From: Malacoraja senta
Lineage: Eukaryota
Assembly: GCA_038087875.1 (NCBI GenBank)
Contig: CM075996.1
Span: 4,342,001 to 4,406,000, forward strand
Direction: 5' to 3'
Length of the DNA: 64,000 bases
Position numbers and translations under genes: made by a program. Below are positions 49,029 to 60,886 of the stretch, piece after piece. The notes beneath the pieces are model-generated. The model was not told where the DNA came from. It worked only from the letters and a program-made list of their open reading frames with translations, and ran no database searches. Within the stretch, counting starts at the first letter, position 1. The number at the start of each line of letters is the position of its first letter.

Positions 49029-49775
49029 CAGTTGCTCTCGGATGAATGTAAAATCAAAATCTGTTTTACTATTTTAGAAGAGAAATAGAATTATCTCTAG
49101 TCTCTTGGCCACCATTTAAATCTCAATCAGCATTACTAAAAGCAAATTATCTGGTAGTTGTCAAATTGCTGGGTGTGGAGTTCTGTTAATGAGATAATTG
49201 CAGCACTTCCAACATTACAACAGTGGTTCTGCTTCAAATGATGCCCTTGCTTCATGAATACCTTGAAGTTAATACATTTTCCTTTAAACTTGCTTTTATA
49301 AAAACCCAGCCATTTCTTACTATGTACAATAAGTATCCACAATAATGAGTACATGCGAAGACTCAGGAAAATGGGGACCACTTCCCATCTCAGAAGGTTC
49401 CTCTCAATGAAGGCAGATATGATCAATAAAAAAGCCTTGCCTTCAGCGTGCCAGCACAGTCTTTGGCCACTTGTGGAAAAATGTGATTAAAGCTCAAGAG
49501 CTCAAACCCAGCATTAGCTTTGTATTGTCAAAAAAAAAAGACCATCTCCGCTAAAATGGAGTTATCAGCCAAATTAGCAGCACTGCATTCCATACCCTTC
49601 GAAAACAAGATTCGAACGCACTCTCCCAGAGATGACCTTGCACCTGTAGACGATGCCTGGGAGCGTAGCTTTTCTCAGGCCATTCAATGGGAAAGCGTGG
49701 CGTTGGTGGGCAAAACACAACAGCAATAGTTAGGTAGACCACCTGCATCCTCTGCAACTGGTAGTGCAGAAAAGT

Positions 49776-50091
49776 TGTCGACAAGGGGGGGGGTTTATGA
49801 TTGGCTCAGGAGGGGGCAGTGGAACAGTCTGCTCTGATAAGAAACGCCATAAAGGATGGTGTCAGGCGCCTTTTGGGGAGAAAGCCCCAGCATTGGATCG
49901 TGCCGCGAGCAGTACCAGGTAATCAAGAACCGGAACATCCTGCGGCATGCTCTGTGGTGTACTCGGGGTTTGCGAGTGCGTATGGGGATATACGGGGATT
50001 CGCGAGTGTATGTGCCTTATTTGGTAGTGTAATAAAATACTTAGTGAATCAAACTCTGTTGTCTGAATCCGGTGATTTATCAAACACAACA
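49776..50091 (+). mobile_element. Possible solo or partial LTR
   Basis: Begins TG and ends ..CACAACA, with a CCAAT box (ATTGG), a CATAAA TATA-like motif and AATAAA ~60 bp before the end. No clear TSD. Confidence 0.35.
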
Positions 50092-50656
50092 AGCTTATTG
50101 TCTGCCATGCTACGATGATCTCTGCCCTTACGTGTGCTTCTGTCATGCACAACCATAAACAGGCACCTCAAAGCACTTCTTCTTATTGAGTCCACACACA
50201 AGATTAGAAGTTGTTCAGCCAGAGCTGAACACACTTCTCGGCATCTGCATACAATGGTGTCTGTCTTGCGCTTCTTGTGCGTGGTGGTGGAAAGATTGGT
50301 GGAAACAGGGCTGCGACGTGAACGCTCTTTCCTTGACCCCTTCAAAGCATTAGAGGGATACTACTAAATCCATTGGCAAGCTAACAAATCATTGTTAACA
50401 TTTTGTCCCAGGCTAACATACCTCAATATTGAAGTAATAGTTACACTCAATTGGCTCCAAATTGTTCCATGTTGTTTTCATGCTCGACTCTCCAAACGGA
50501 ATCATTTTATCATGATTTTATCATGGTGCAAAATTACAAGGTTAAAGGAAGAAAGCCTATCAGCTTCACACAAAAGAATCACACTTTGATTTGCTTATTA
50601 CCCAAGTCCCTAAGTATATATGTATTAGCTGCACAAATTATCTGATGTAGATTTAC

Positions 50657-50794
50657 CTCCAGTAAGGTTAGAGCCCCAGAATAGTCTCTGTTTGTAAGAT
50701 ACTCCTCAAGCTTTGGAATTTTTTTCCCTTTTTTCTTCTTTTTATCCATCTGCAGCGTCTCTCCAGTGACAGCAGGTTTTGCTCGTGAGAGCAT
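50657..50794 (-). CDS. TTC26: TTC26/IFT56 exon 2
   Basis: 138 nt; MLSRAKPAVTGETLQMDKKKKKGKKIPKLEEYLTNRDYSGALTLLE, CAG/GTAAAT. Confidence 0.96.
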
Positions 50795-52300
50795 CTGGAT
50801 AAAAATAGATAAACTTTTTAGAGGATTTTACACTCAATGTCAGCCCTCCAATTTCCCATTTTTAATCATTTAAATTCAACTCTATAACTGAAATCATATC
50901 ACAAAGAGATTAAAACAGATAAGATTAATTGCGTTCTGAAGCACGGAAACAGCCCCTTATTGTGCTGACCAAGATGCCAATGCCATTTGCCAGTGTTTGA
51001 CCAACATCCTTCTACATCTTTTCTATCTATATAACAATCCAAACGTTGTTTTTAAAATTGTAACTGTATTGTCTCAACCACTTTCTCTGGCAGCCTGTTC
51101 AATATACCAACCCTCTGTGAAAAATGTTTGTCCATCAGATCACCTTTAAATTCTCCATTCACCTTAAACTTTTGCCCTCTAATGTTTAGACTCTCCTACC
51201 TTGAGAAAACTGACTATCTATGCCCTTCAAACTTTTGTATTCCTCTACAAGATCAACCTTCAGTCTCCTTTGTTCCAGGGAAACAATTCTAGCTTATCAA
51301 ATTTCTCCAGAGATTCAGTTTGAACAAGGATAATATTTCACCTGAAAGTAAAAAAGGAAATTACTTGCTGGAAATCTTAATTAAAAACAGAAAATGCTTG
51401 AAAAACTCAGCAGGTCAGGCAGCATCTGTAGAAGGAAATGAAAGATCTTCGAGCTGAAGTGTTAACTGTTCTTAACTCAAATATTGCTCAAAGTTATGAA
51501 ATCTTTAATTTGTCAGCTTTTTAAATCAAAATAATTGTGAATTTTTACCTTGCTGGGTTACCGTGGGCTTTCTAGTGTGATCCGGTACCGGAAACAACTA
51601 TCTGGGTGTATAACTTTAGAACTGATCTCCAGGTTCCTTGCATATCCTACAATGCTTCCATATTCATAGTGTTCCCTCTCATTGGCTTAATCTCACAGCC
51701 GTACTTCACTCCCACATTTCTCATATCCATCCTCTGGCATCAAAATCCCACGAGATCCTGCTCATTCCTCCTTCTCCCTGTTCCCGCATGTCAGAAGGTA
51801 CAGAAGCTTGAAAGTACGAATACCCTTCCATAAGCTAGGGTACTGGGAAATACCCTTCCATAAGCCTGAAATACCCTCCCATAAACGAATGTACTGGGAA
51901 ATTCACCTGTACCCCATTGTGGACATTAGACTTTGTCTCTGGAACTGATGCACTACAATGCTGAGAACAACATTCTGCACTCTGTATCTCCCCCTTGATA
52001 TATTGTAGTTGAGTTTGAACTGATTGTATTTATGTTTGTATTTATAGCTGATCTGTTTGGTTTGCATGCAAAACGAGGCTTTTCACTGTACCTTGGTAAA
52101 CGCGACAATAATAATAAACCTAAAACTAAAGAAACCCCTCACTCCAGTTCCCCTGCACTCTGCTCAACTGCGGGCTTTATCACATGGAACATAGAAAATA
52201 GGTGCAGGAGATCCTTCTGCGAAAAATGAATGGAATTGGGTCCTTCTCCCGCAATGGGACTATCTGACAGTGTCTCTGCGCGGGGGTAGTCCCAACTCAC

Positions 52301-52303
52301 CAT
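52301..52303 (-). CDS. TTC26: TTC26/IFT56 exon 1 coding part (ATG only)
   Basis: aaaATG|GTGAGT at the edge of the CpG island. Gives MMLSRAKPAV like the recalled human start and brings the total to 554 aa. Confidence 0.8.
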
Positions 52304-52319
52304 TTTCTTAGCTCTCCCG

Positions 52320-52860
52320 TGTAGGATCCGTGCAAGGAGAAGCCTAACGGCCTGGTCACGCCGTCATAGCAACGAAACCTCGGCCTTCCTGCGGCCTTCC
52401 TAGCAACGGAGCCCCGCCCCTCCACCTGCCGTCATCATCCTAGCCCCGCCCCTCCACCTACCGTCATTAACCTAGCCCCGCCCCTCCACCCACCGTCCTG
52501 CAAATGAAATGCCGCCTCCCCGCCCCGCCGCGGCGCGCAAGCCCCGCCCCGCCGTGGCGCGCAAGCCCCGCCCCCTGGCCAGTGCAACGATCCCGCCTCC
52601 TCACCTGTCGTCACGACAAGCAAACCCCGCCCCCTCACTCGTCGTCACAGCAACCAAACCCCTGTCCTCGTGGCAAAGAAAGCCCCGCCCCTTGACCCGC
52701 GGCAACGAAACTCCGCCCCTCCAGCGGACGTCACGGAGAAGCCCCGCCCCACGAAGCGGCCTGCCCATTTTCCCACCTCAAGCCGTTGTCATGGCAACGA
52801 GGACTTGTTGCGGAGGCGAAGCATCGCCGGCCCATTGTGGTAGGAGCGCCTGCAGCTTCC
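52320..52860 (-). promoter_or_regulatory. TTC26 CpG-island promoter with RFX X-box and GC boxes
   Basis: GTTGTCATGGCAAC at 52785-52798 (one mismatch to the palindromic X-box GTTGCCATGGCAAC), several RGCAAC half-sites and about 9 CCCCGCCC-type GC boxes. Confidence 0.8.
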
Positions 52861-53349
52861 ATTAACGTTGTGATCATGGCTTCAGAGCTCCGATTCCCAT
52901 CCGTTTGTACGGACAAAATGTAGAGACAAAGAACCGCAGGTGCTAGTTGAAACCAAAGACACTAGAGGAGCTCCTCTAATATCTTTGGTTGAAACCGTCA
53001 GAAGGAGGGTCCCGATCCGACAAGACACCCATCCTTTTCCTCCACAGATGCTGCCTGACCTGCTGAGTTACTCCAGCACGTTGTGTCAATAGTCTGTATA
53101 TGCCTTCTCGAACATATCTGCTCCTGTCATTTTTTCCTTCCCTTCCATATCAGAAATATGATGAACCGTTTCTTGAACAAGATTTCTTAAATATTTATAA
53201 AGTTCCAACAGAGGTAGACTGATAAATCTACCATGATTTTATCCACATGTAGATGTACGATTTTACAATTTGAATGTTTGATTTCCTAATTATCTCAGAT
53301 GCCATAAACCCAATCTCTGTCCAATCATGCCTTGTTTGATTTTCAAATA

Positions 53350-54185
53350 TTAGACTTACTTAGATTCCTTTATTGTCATTCAGACCTTTTGGTCTGAACG
53401 AAATTTCGTTGCCTGCAGTCATACATATAATAAATAACAAAACACACAATAAACACAAATTAACATCCACCACAGTGAGTTCACCAGGCACCTCCTCACT
53501 GTGATGGAGGCAAAAGTCTTAAAGTCTCTGTCTCTTCCCTCTTTGTTCTCCCTCTGCGCTGAGGCGATCCAGGCTTCTGACGTTGTGACCCCGGCGGGTG
53601 ATGGTAAGTCAGTCCCGCGGCTGAATCCGTGCTCCGTCCGCGACGGGCCGGTTCAAATTCCGTGGCCCGGGGTGGCCGAAGCTGCCGCCCTCCAGTCCAG
53701 TGGACGCAGCTGTAGTTGCGGGAGCCCCAGAAAAACAGGACACCCGCCTGTGACCTGCGAGCTCCCGACGATGTCGTCCAGCGGGCCCGCGGCCGAGCCT
53801 CCGGACTCAGGTCGCCACCAGCGTCCTCGGTCGCCACCGCCGGAACGCCACCGCAGCCCCGAAGCCGGCCAGCCCCACGCTGGTAAGTCCTGGCTCTGCC
53901 TCTGGAGCCTTGAGGTCGGTCGGTCGCAGTTGGAGTTGGAGGCCGGCAGCTCCGCCATTTTGGCCTCAGCGCAGACGGAGGCAGAGAAGGGGGATACGAC
54001 AAGAAAAAGTCGCATTCCCCCGAAGGAAGAGACAAAAATCATGTTTCACCCCCCCCCCACCCCACCCCACATGTACACAACCCAATAAACTAAATTTAAC
54101 TAAAACAGGACAAAAGAAAACAACAACAAAAGTAAAAACAGACGGACTGCAGGCGAGCCGCAGCTGTGCAACAGCGCCGCCACGT
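53350..54185 (-). mobile_element. GC-rich unclassified interspersed repeat
   Basis: CpG-rich body, AATAAA and simple tail at ~53350-53375; shares the TTTGCC(T)TCCATCACAGTG segment with ~18030 (+) and ~4300 (-). Confidence 0.5.
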
Positions 54186-55255
54186 CCCCAGGTGCCATAA
54201 ATCATGATTGTGCCATAAATCATGTTTTCAGTTGAGCTCTCTTTTCTGAGTTAGTTAAGCTTAAGCCTTAAGTTTCTGGATATGAAGTACACATTACTTT
54301 GCTGGAGTACACAAAAGTACTGGAGAAACTCAGCGGGTGCAGCAGCATCTATGGAGCGAAGGAAATAGGCAACGTTTCGGGCCGAAACCCTTCTTCAGAC
54401 ACTTTAACACTTTGCTGGAGTAACTCAGCGGGACAGGCAACATCTCTGGAGAGAAGGAATGTGTGATGTCTTGATCTGAAACGTCACCCATTTCTTTTCC
54501 AGTTTCCTTCCGCTGAGTTACCCCAGCATTTCGATGTAAATCAACATCTGCAGTTCCTTCCTACACATTTCTTTACGAGCTGTTGTTCAATGGCTTCTCC
54601 TCCACACCTTTCTTAATCAGACCACTGGGTTCATTACTTTATTATGTGACATTTAATTACAACAAGATAAACTGTAGAAATAAAATGTTATGCCCATTAT
54701 GGTCCATTAATCTATGCGGCAACGTGCTTGCCATCTGCTCCCAAATGCTTTTTAATTATAAATAAATATATTCATCTTTGCCAGGATTCTTTGTATTTCT
54801 TCTCAGCTTCTCCAAAAAAATTAGTTTCAGGGCTGCTTCCACTGTCATCGATAACTTCAAAGTTTTGCAGTTTGACCTTCCTGACGTTTGCCCCCAGCAA
54901 GTGCCAGTTTTTCCTTTGTTTGAATCTTTTAAATGTTGCTATGGTTTCCCTTTGCTTGTCTTTATTGTGAACATAAACCCTTTGCAGAAAAGTTTCTGAC
55001 ATGGGAGCGGGTACTGCTATATTCAATCAAATGAATTCAGCCCCGCAACCGCTGAAATCTCTGAAGAATTTTAGATGCTACATTAGCTCCACTTCATTCC
55101 ACCCTCTGCTTGGCTGGTGTTGTGCACTTTGTCAGTTAAACCTTCTTATTCGTTCCTCAACTCATCTTGTTTCTCTTTTCCAGGCCTAATTATGATTCAC
55201 CCCTCTTTTTCAGACTTTGTGTGTAATATCAGAACAGCCAGTACGACTGGCTGAT

Positions 55256-56065
55256 AATAGACAATAGGTGCAGGTGTAGGCCATTCGGCCCTTCGAGAAA
55301 GCACCGCCATTCAATGTGATCATCCACAATCAGTACCCAGTTCCTGCCTTCTCCCCATATCCCTTGACTCCGCTTTCTTTAAGAGCTCTATCTAACTCTC
55401 TCTTGAGAGCATCCAGAGAACCGGCCTCCACCGCCCTCTGAGGCAGAGAATTCCACAGGCTCACAACTCTCTGTGTGAAAAAGCAGTTCCTCATCTCCGT
55501 TCTAAATGGCTTACCCCTTATTCCAAAACTTCTTCTTCTTGCATATGGCGTGCACAGCCTAAAGTTTTAGGACAACTTGTTCTATTTGATCTTATTTGAT
55601 TGTGCACGCCAGGTTGATTGCATTCGTCAAAACAGGGCGGAACACGTGAAGGTTGCAATCAATCTTCCATCCCATTCTAAAACTGTGGCCCCTGGTTCTG
55701 GACTCCCCCAACATCGGGAACATGTTTCCTGCCTCTAGCCTGTCCAAACCCTTAATAATTTTATATGTTTCAATAAGATTCCCTCTCATCCTAAATTCCA
55801 TGGTATACTAGCCCAGTCGCTCCATTCTATCAACATATGACAGTCCCGCCATCCCGGGAATTAACCTTGTGAACCTACGCTGCACTCCCTCAATAGCAAG
55901 AATGTCCTTCCTCAAATTTGGAGTCCAAAACTGCACACAATTCTCCAGGTGTGGTCTCACTAGGGCCCTGTACAACTGCAGAAGGGCCTCTTTGCTCCTA
56001 TACTCAACTCCTCTTGTTATGAAGGCCAACCTGCCATTCGCTTTCTTCACTGCCTGCTGTACCTA
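55256..56065 (-). mobile_element. CR1 (HER1-like) LINE 3' fragment, interrupted by the ribozyme retroposon
   Basis: ORFs 55808-56050 (LYRALVRPHLE.CVQFW.P.LRKDI.A.E.VQRRFTR) and 55592-55801. Confidence 0.9.
55531..55673 (-). mobile_element. Short retroposon headed by an HDV-like ribozyme, copy 2 (ribozyme 55673-55616, mutated)
   Basis: Reverse complement of 22942-23080 with few changes; TSD ATTC(C/T)AAAACT at 55520-55530 and 55674-55684. Confidence 0.88.
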
Positions 56066-59000
56066 GATATATATGGATATCTAAATAGGAAGGTTTTTAA
56101 GGTAGACATGGAGAACGAGGCTGGTAAATCAATAGCAGGAAACAAATAATTGGCAGATCTGCTGAATCAATTTTTTGCATTAGTCTTCATGGTAGCAAAC
56201 ACTGCAAATATCCTTAGTGAGGTAACAGATGGGCTAATTTCAAATAACAAACAAGAAGGAACTTGTAAAAATCCCAATCACCAAGTGCTAACATCACAGG
56301 GCTCAAGGCGGATTCATTGCCAGCATCAGAGGGCCTGCAGCCAAGAGTGTTAAAGGATGGGGCTACAAAGATAGTAGACCCATTAGTTGATTTTTTTCAA
56401 AACCCACTAAATTTTGAGAGGGTAACAAAGCAACAAATGTGCCTTCTTTGTTCACAAAGGAGGTAACTCAGAAGGCAGGGAACCATAAACCAGTTAGAAT
56501 AGCTGATATTTTATTGTATATTTATTGTCGTTGCATCTGATGTACCTATAATATTAATAATTCCTTGAATGACCAAAGCCAACTCTTATTTGATTTTGGA
56601 TGATCAGCTATGATCATATTGAATGGCGGTGCAGGCTGAATGGCCTACTCCTGCACCTATTTATCTTTATTTCTATAAATTATTTCATTCATTTCCAAAG
56701 GTTGTGCATGATCAATCACCCCCTTTAGTTACTGAAACCAACCCACTAATACTGTGCATCTCAGTAATTGCCACCATTTGTTCAGAAAGAAATAAGACAA
56801 ATGAAAATATTTTTAAGATGCATATGCTGGAAATTTGAAATAAAAATAAAATTTTTGGAAACAGGACACCAGGTTAAATCCTGAACTTGGATCCCATCTA
56901 TATGCACATCCTCCCTGCGACTGTGTGGGTTTCATCCAGATGCTCGTTTTCTCCCACATCCCAACGATATGCAGGTTTGTAGGCCCTAGTGTGTAGAGAA
57001 AGTGGCATAATGTAGAATAAGCGGGAACGGGTGATTGATGGTCGATGTCGACTGAGGGGCCCGTTAAACTAAACTAAACTAAACTAAACTAGCAGGTCAA
57101 AAAGAAACCAGAGTTCACATTGGGATTTCACACCTCATGAAAATCTCATATTTGAAATATGTTTCTCTTTTCTCAGGCAATTTGAACCAGCCAACATTTT
57201 TTTAAATGCTAATACAAATCCTGAAAGACCAATAGCTGATGAATGGCCATGATGTTAGTTTAAATTTCTCAATTTTTCCCCATTAAGTTCTGTTTTTTGT
57301 TGAATTACGTTCAGGAAAATATTTATTTTAGACTCCAATAATAACACATCAGAAGATTCCTTATTGCTAATCTGTTGCCCCGTTGATATTTTTTTCTATT
57401 ACTACCTATGCTGCAATCCTCTTATCTCATTTATCGTATTTCTTTTCTGTATAATCATGCTGAATTTTTAACTCTCCATTATTATTTTCAAATGTTATCT
57501 TTAAACATTTACCCATTTTTATTTGGTATTCTTATCAGTTGTATGTTCATCTTAATTTCCAGAATGAAGTGCAGGAGACTTGCTTTCCTTATTGGACTGC
57601 AAATTGATCTATTAAATAAAATCAGCATTTACCAATTTTGATTGAATACAATATCTTAATTCCAATCAATCCTGGAGTAGATAAAAATCACAAAAGATTG
57701 GAGTGCTATTTTTCTTACACACTGGGCAGAAATTGTGTAAGAGAAAATAGAAATAGTACCTTCCATTATAAGTTCACATCAGTCCTGCAAAGTTAGCAGT
57801 AACTGAGATAGTTGCATAAATCTCACATCTCTAACTACCTCCATTTTTTAAAGTAGACCAAAAAGCTGGAGAAACTCAGCAGGCGAGGCAGCATCTATGG
57901 AGCGAAGGAATAGACGACGTTTCGGGTCGAGACCCTTCTTCAGACTGAAGTGTGAAGAAGTCACATTTTTGAAATGTAACTTCTTCAATAGCTTTATGGG
58001 TGCTTGACAATCAGATGAGAGTCCCAGTATTTTCAATGTTTATTCCTGTAATCACTGATTTTAATCCTTATTTTATATTGTACTGAAGCACACATTTAGA
58101 AAGTGCATTTTCCCTTTCAAACATTTTGTCTTTTTAATTGATAGGTATATTTAAATAACATGAACGTTTTATTTTCCAGGAATAGAAATATTACATTGGA
58201 ACCAATAAAAAGATAATGCATGACAAACATCAAATACAATATACAAATTAGCAGAGACTCTCATAGAGGTTAGATAATTATCTAGTTGAAACATTTAAAC
58301 ATATACAATGCCTTCAACAACTTTGTACCAGTGCTTTGTATGAACTGCATAATTATGTTTTTGGAATACAAAATTGAACATTGCTTGAGGAGGTTGCATT
58401 TTTGTCTTGGCTTTAGAAATGATATTCAGTTCTGAATGTACCAGTGCCAAAGCTTTACAAAAACTGACTACTCTCAAGAAAGAACCAGCTTATTTTTTGT
58501 AACATTTTGTTTCAATAATAGTTTCAAAATTTGGCAAATTAAATGTTTCTTGGAGGAGCCAAGTCATTCATTTAAATACAAATGTGTGTTTAGTTAGCAG
58601 TTCTTTTTGGCAGAATTTAGCAGCTCCCAACAGCAGACATGGGGATTCCAACACGCAAATGACATCAAGACTGTCGGGACTTGACTGAACAGTCCCCTAA
58701 TGCAGGGAGTACGCGACCCTTGTGCGCTTTGCTCAATTGCATTAATGTGGCACCCACAACCACGAATAATGCTGTTAGTTTTCTGGATCTTTTAGCTAGG
58801 GATCAATGTTGTGACTTACTGACACCAGTTAAAGCTAGTCTGCACTATCATCAGTCTGAAGAAGGGTCCCATTCTGAAACGTTGTCTGTCCATTCCAGAT
58901 GCTGCCTGACCCGCTGAATTCCTCCAGTACTTTGTGTTTTACCACATGAGGCTACTTACAGTGAGGTCAGAGCGGGACAAAGAAGGATTTCCGCAAATGA

Positions 59001-59421
59001 AGCTGGCCTGGGAAATTGCAGAATGTAACATGGGAAGATCAGCCTTTGAAGTTTTTGAACATTACGCTGGAGGCCTCATGTGAGGGAGTGACATAAAGGA
59101 GAAATATTCTGTAACCACAAGTGGTCAAATGGATGCCAGAATTCTCACTCAATGTCTCAAGACATTGGTAGTAGGTAACTGCGGAGGACAATTACACTAG
59201 TGAAGTCCTGGTGAACTTGACATGAATGTATCTTCAAATATAATTTTCTACCTCATGCAGCACTGTCCTCGCACACCGACCAACTCACTATGCCCATCAT
59301 CAGTCACTTATCAACAAGCTCTACCAATCAGTATCTGAAACTTGTAGTAATATTAATTGTATTGTAGTAATACTTGCCCATGTCGACCAAGGTGACCCAC
59401 CTGGCCATGTTTCGCCCATAT

Positions 59422-59912
59422 CCTCTGCAGAGAGTAGTGCGTTCGGCCGAACGCACAATGGGAACTACACTCGCCCCCCCTGCAGGAACTATACATCAGG
59501 AGGTGCAACTCCAGAGCCAATAAGATCATGGGAGACCCCTTCCACCCCAGCAACGGACTGTTCCAGCTGCTACGGTCAGGCAAACGCCTCCGTTGCCATG
59601 CTGTGAGAACAGAGAGGTTGAGAAGGAGTTTCTTCCCAGAGGCCATTAGGACTATAAACTCCTATCTCACCAGGGACTAACTTTACTGAACCATTCTACT
59701 GTTTTTTAACAATTGCTGTTTTTTCCCCTTTTTCCTTCCGCCCACAATATTTAAGATGTAAAAGAATATGTGATTCTATTCTTCCATTCTGTTTGTAGTT
59801 TGTTGTTTGTTTGGTTTTTTTGCACAAAGTCCGCGAGCATTGCCACTTTTCATTTCACTGCACATCTTGTATGTGTATGTGACAAATAAACTTGACTTGA
59901 CTTGACCTGACT
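59422..59912 (+). mobile_element. Rex1/Babar-like LINE 3' end
   Basis: LQRVVRSAERTMG..L..LQELY..RC..RA.KI..DP.HP..GLFQLL.SGKR.R....RT.RLR.SFFP.AIR, with AATAAA and a (GACTT)n tail. Confidence 0.88.
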
Positions 59913-60495
59913 TGATATCCCTAAAAACCTTTCCGATCCATGTACCTGTCCAAATGTCTTTTAAATGTTGTTATAGTACCTGCCACTCTGGCAGCTCATT
60001 TCTTATACCCACCGCTCTCTGTGTAAAAAAGTTGCCCCTCGGGTTTCTGTTAAATCTTTCCCTTATCATCTGTAAATTACCTGTAGTTGTAAGGAGTGGA
60101 TTTAAAAGTGGAATCACATAGAACTAGTGTAAACAGGTGATCAATGGCATGGATATAGCAGGCTGAAGGTCCTGTTTCCATGCTGTATCTTACAATCAAT
60201 GAAACAAATCTACAAATCATTTTACTATTATTATAAATAAAATGCTTAAAAAACGTATGGTAGAATTTGGCTAACGTTGGATCTCCATAAGTCCACTTAT
60301 TTATAACCCCGTGAGTCTCTGTCCCACAAACTCTCTCAGAGTTTTTTCATCATCATTTTTAATGACAAATAAGTATAATGTGTATTTCTTTATCATGTTG
60401 AGGGGATATGCCTTTTAAAGAGCCGTCTCAGTTATTATTATAGTACAAATGATTCTATATCAACTCTGCCCAATTATATTTTACAACCCCTTAGT

Positions 60496-60539
60496 TTTTA
60501 TTGAGCAAACAACACTTTATGCAAGCTGACCTTTGAGCT
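60496..60539 (+). promoter_or_regulatory. Candidate intestinal promoter module: CDX, FOXA and HNF4 (DR1) motifs
   Basis: TTTTATTG 60496-60503, GCAAACA 60505-60511, TTTATG 60516-60521, TGACCT-T-TGAGCT 60527-60539, about 140-180 bp upstream of the ATG. Confidence 0.6.
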
Positions 60540-60678
60540 CAGCCTCATGATATTATCTCGGGAGGAAAGCTTTGGGATGACAGATGAATCTACCTCATTG
60601 CTCTGCTTCCTGTGTACCCTTGAAAGTTAATTACCTCAGAGGAGGACAATTGTAGTGTTTTAACAACAGAGCTGAGAA

Positions 60679-60886
60679 ATGGAACGATTGCTAAGTTTCT
60701 GTCTGTGGACTGTGATTGCCATCCAGGGACACTTTCCCAAGAATCCCTTTTCCAAGTGCACGGATAAATTGTTTACAATTAACGTGGTTCTCTTGAACGA
60801 TTCCTTCTCTCCCTGGACTTTGAATAACGTAATTCCACATATAAAGAATGAAATTCATATTCTCAATCAGAACCTCCAAAGTCAAG
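60679..60886 (+). CDS. GUCY2C: Receptor guanylyl cyclase C-like, exon 1 (signal peptide and start of the extracellular domain)
   Basis: MERLLSFCLWTVIAIQGH...CTDKLFTINVVLLNDSFSPWTLNNV...ILNQNLQSQ(G) then donor GTAAGA, phase 1; aligns with recalled human MKTLLLDLALWS...[25 protein letters not shown]...RLQNAG. Ortholog versus paralog is unresolved. Confidence 0.75.

Noticed and set aside
52355..52800. Repeat-spacer appearance resembling a CRISPR array
   Set aside because: Eukaryotic CpG-island promoter; units are degenerate transcription-factor motifs and there are no cas genes.
53496..54088. 179-195 aa ORFs on both strands near the TTC26 promoter, as a candidate divergent gene such as ZC3HAV1
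   Set aside because: They lie within a GC-rich interspersed repeat with relatives at ~4300 and ~18030; no CCCH zinc finger or other domain.
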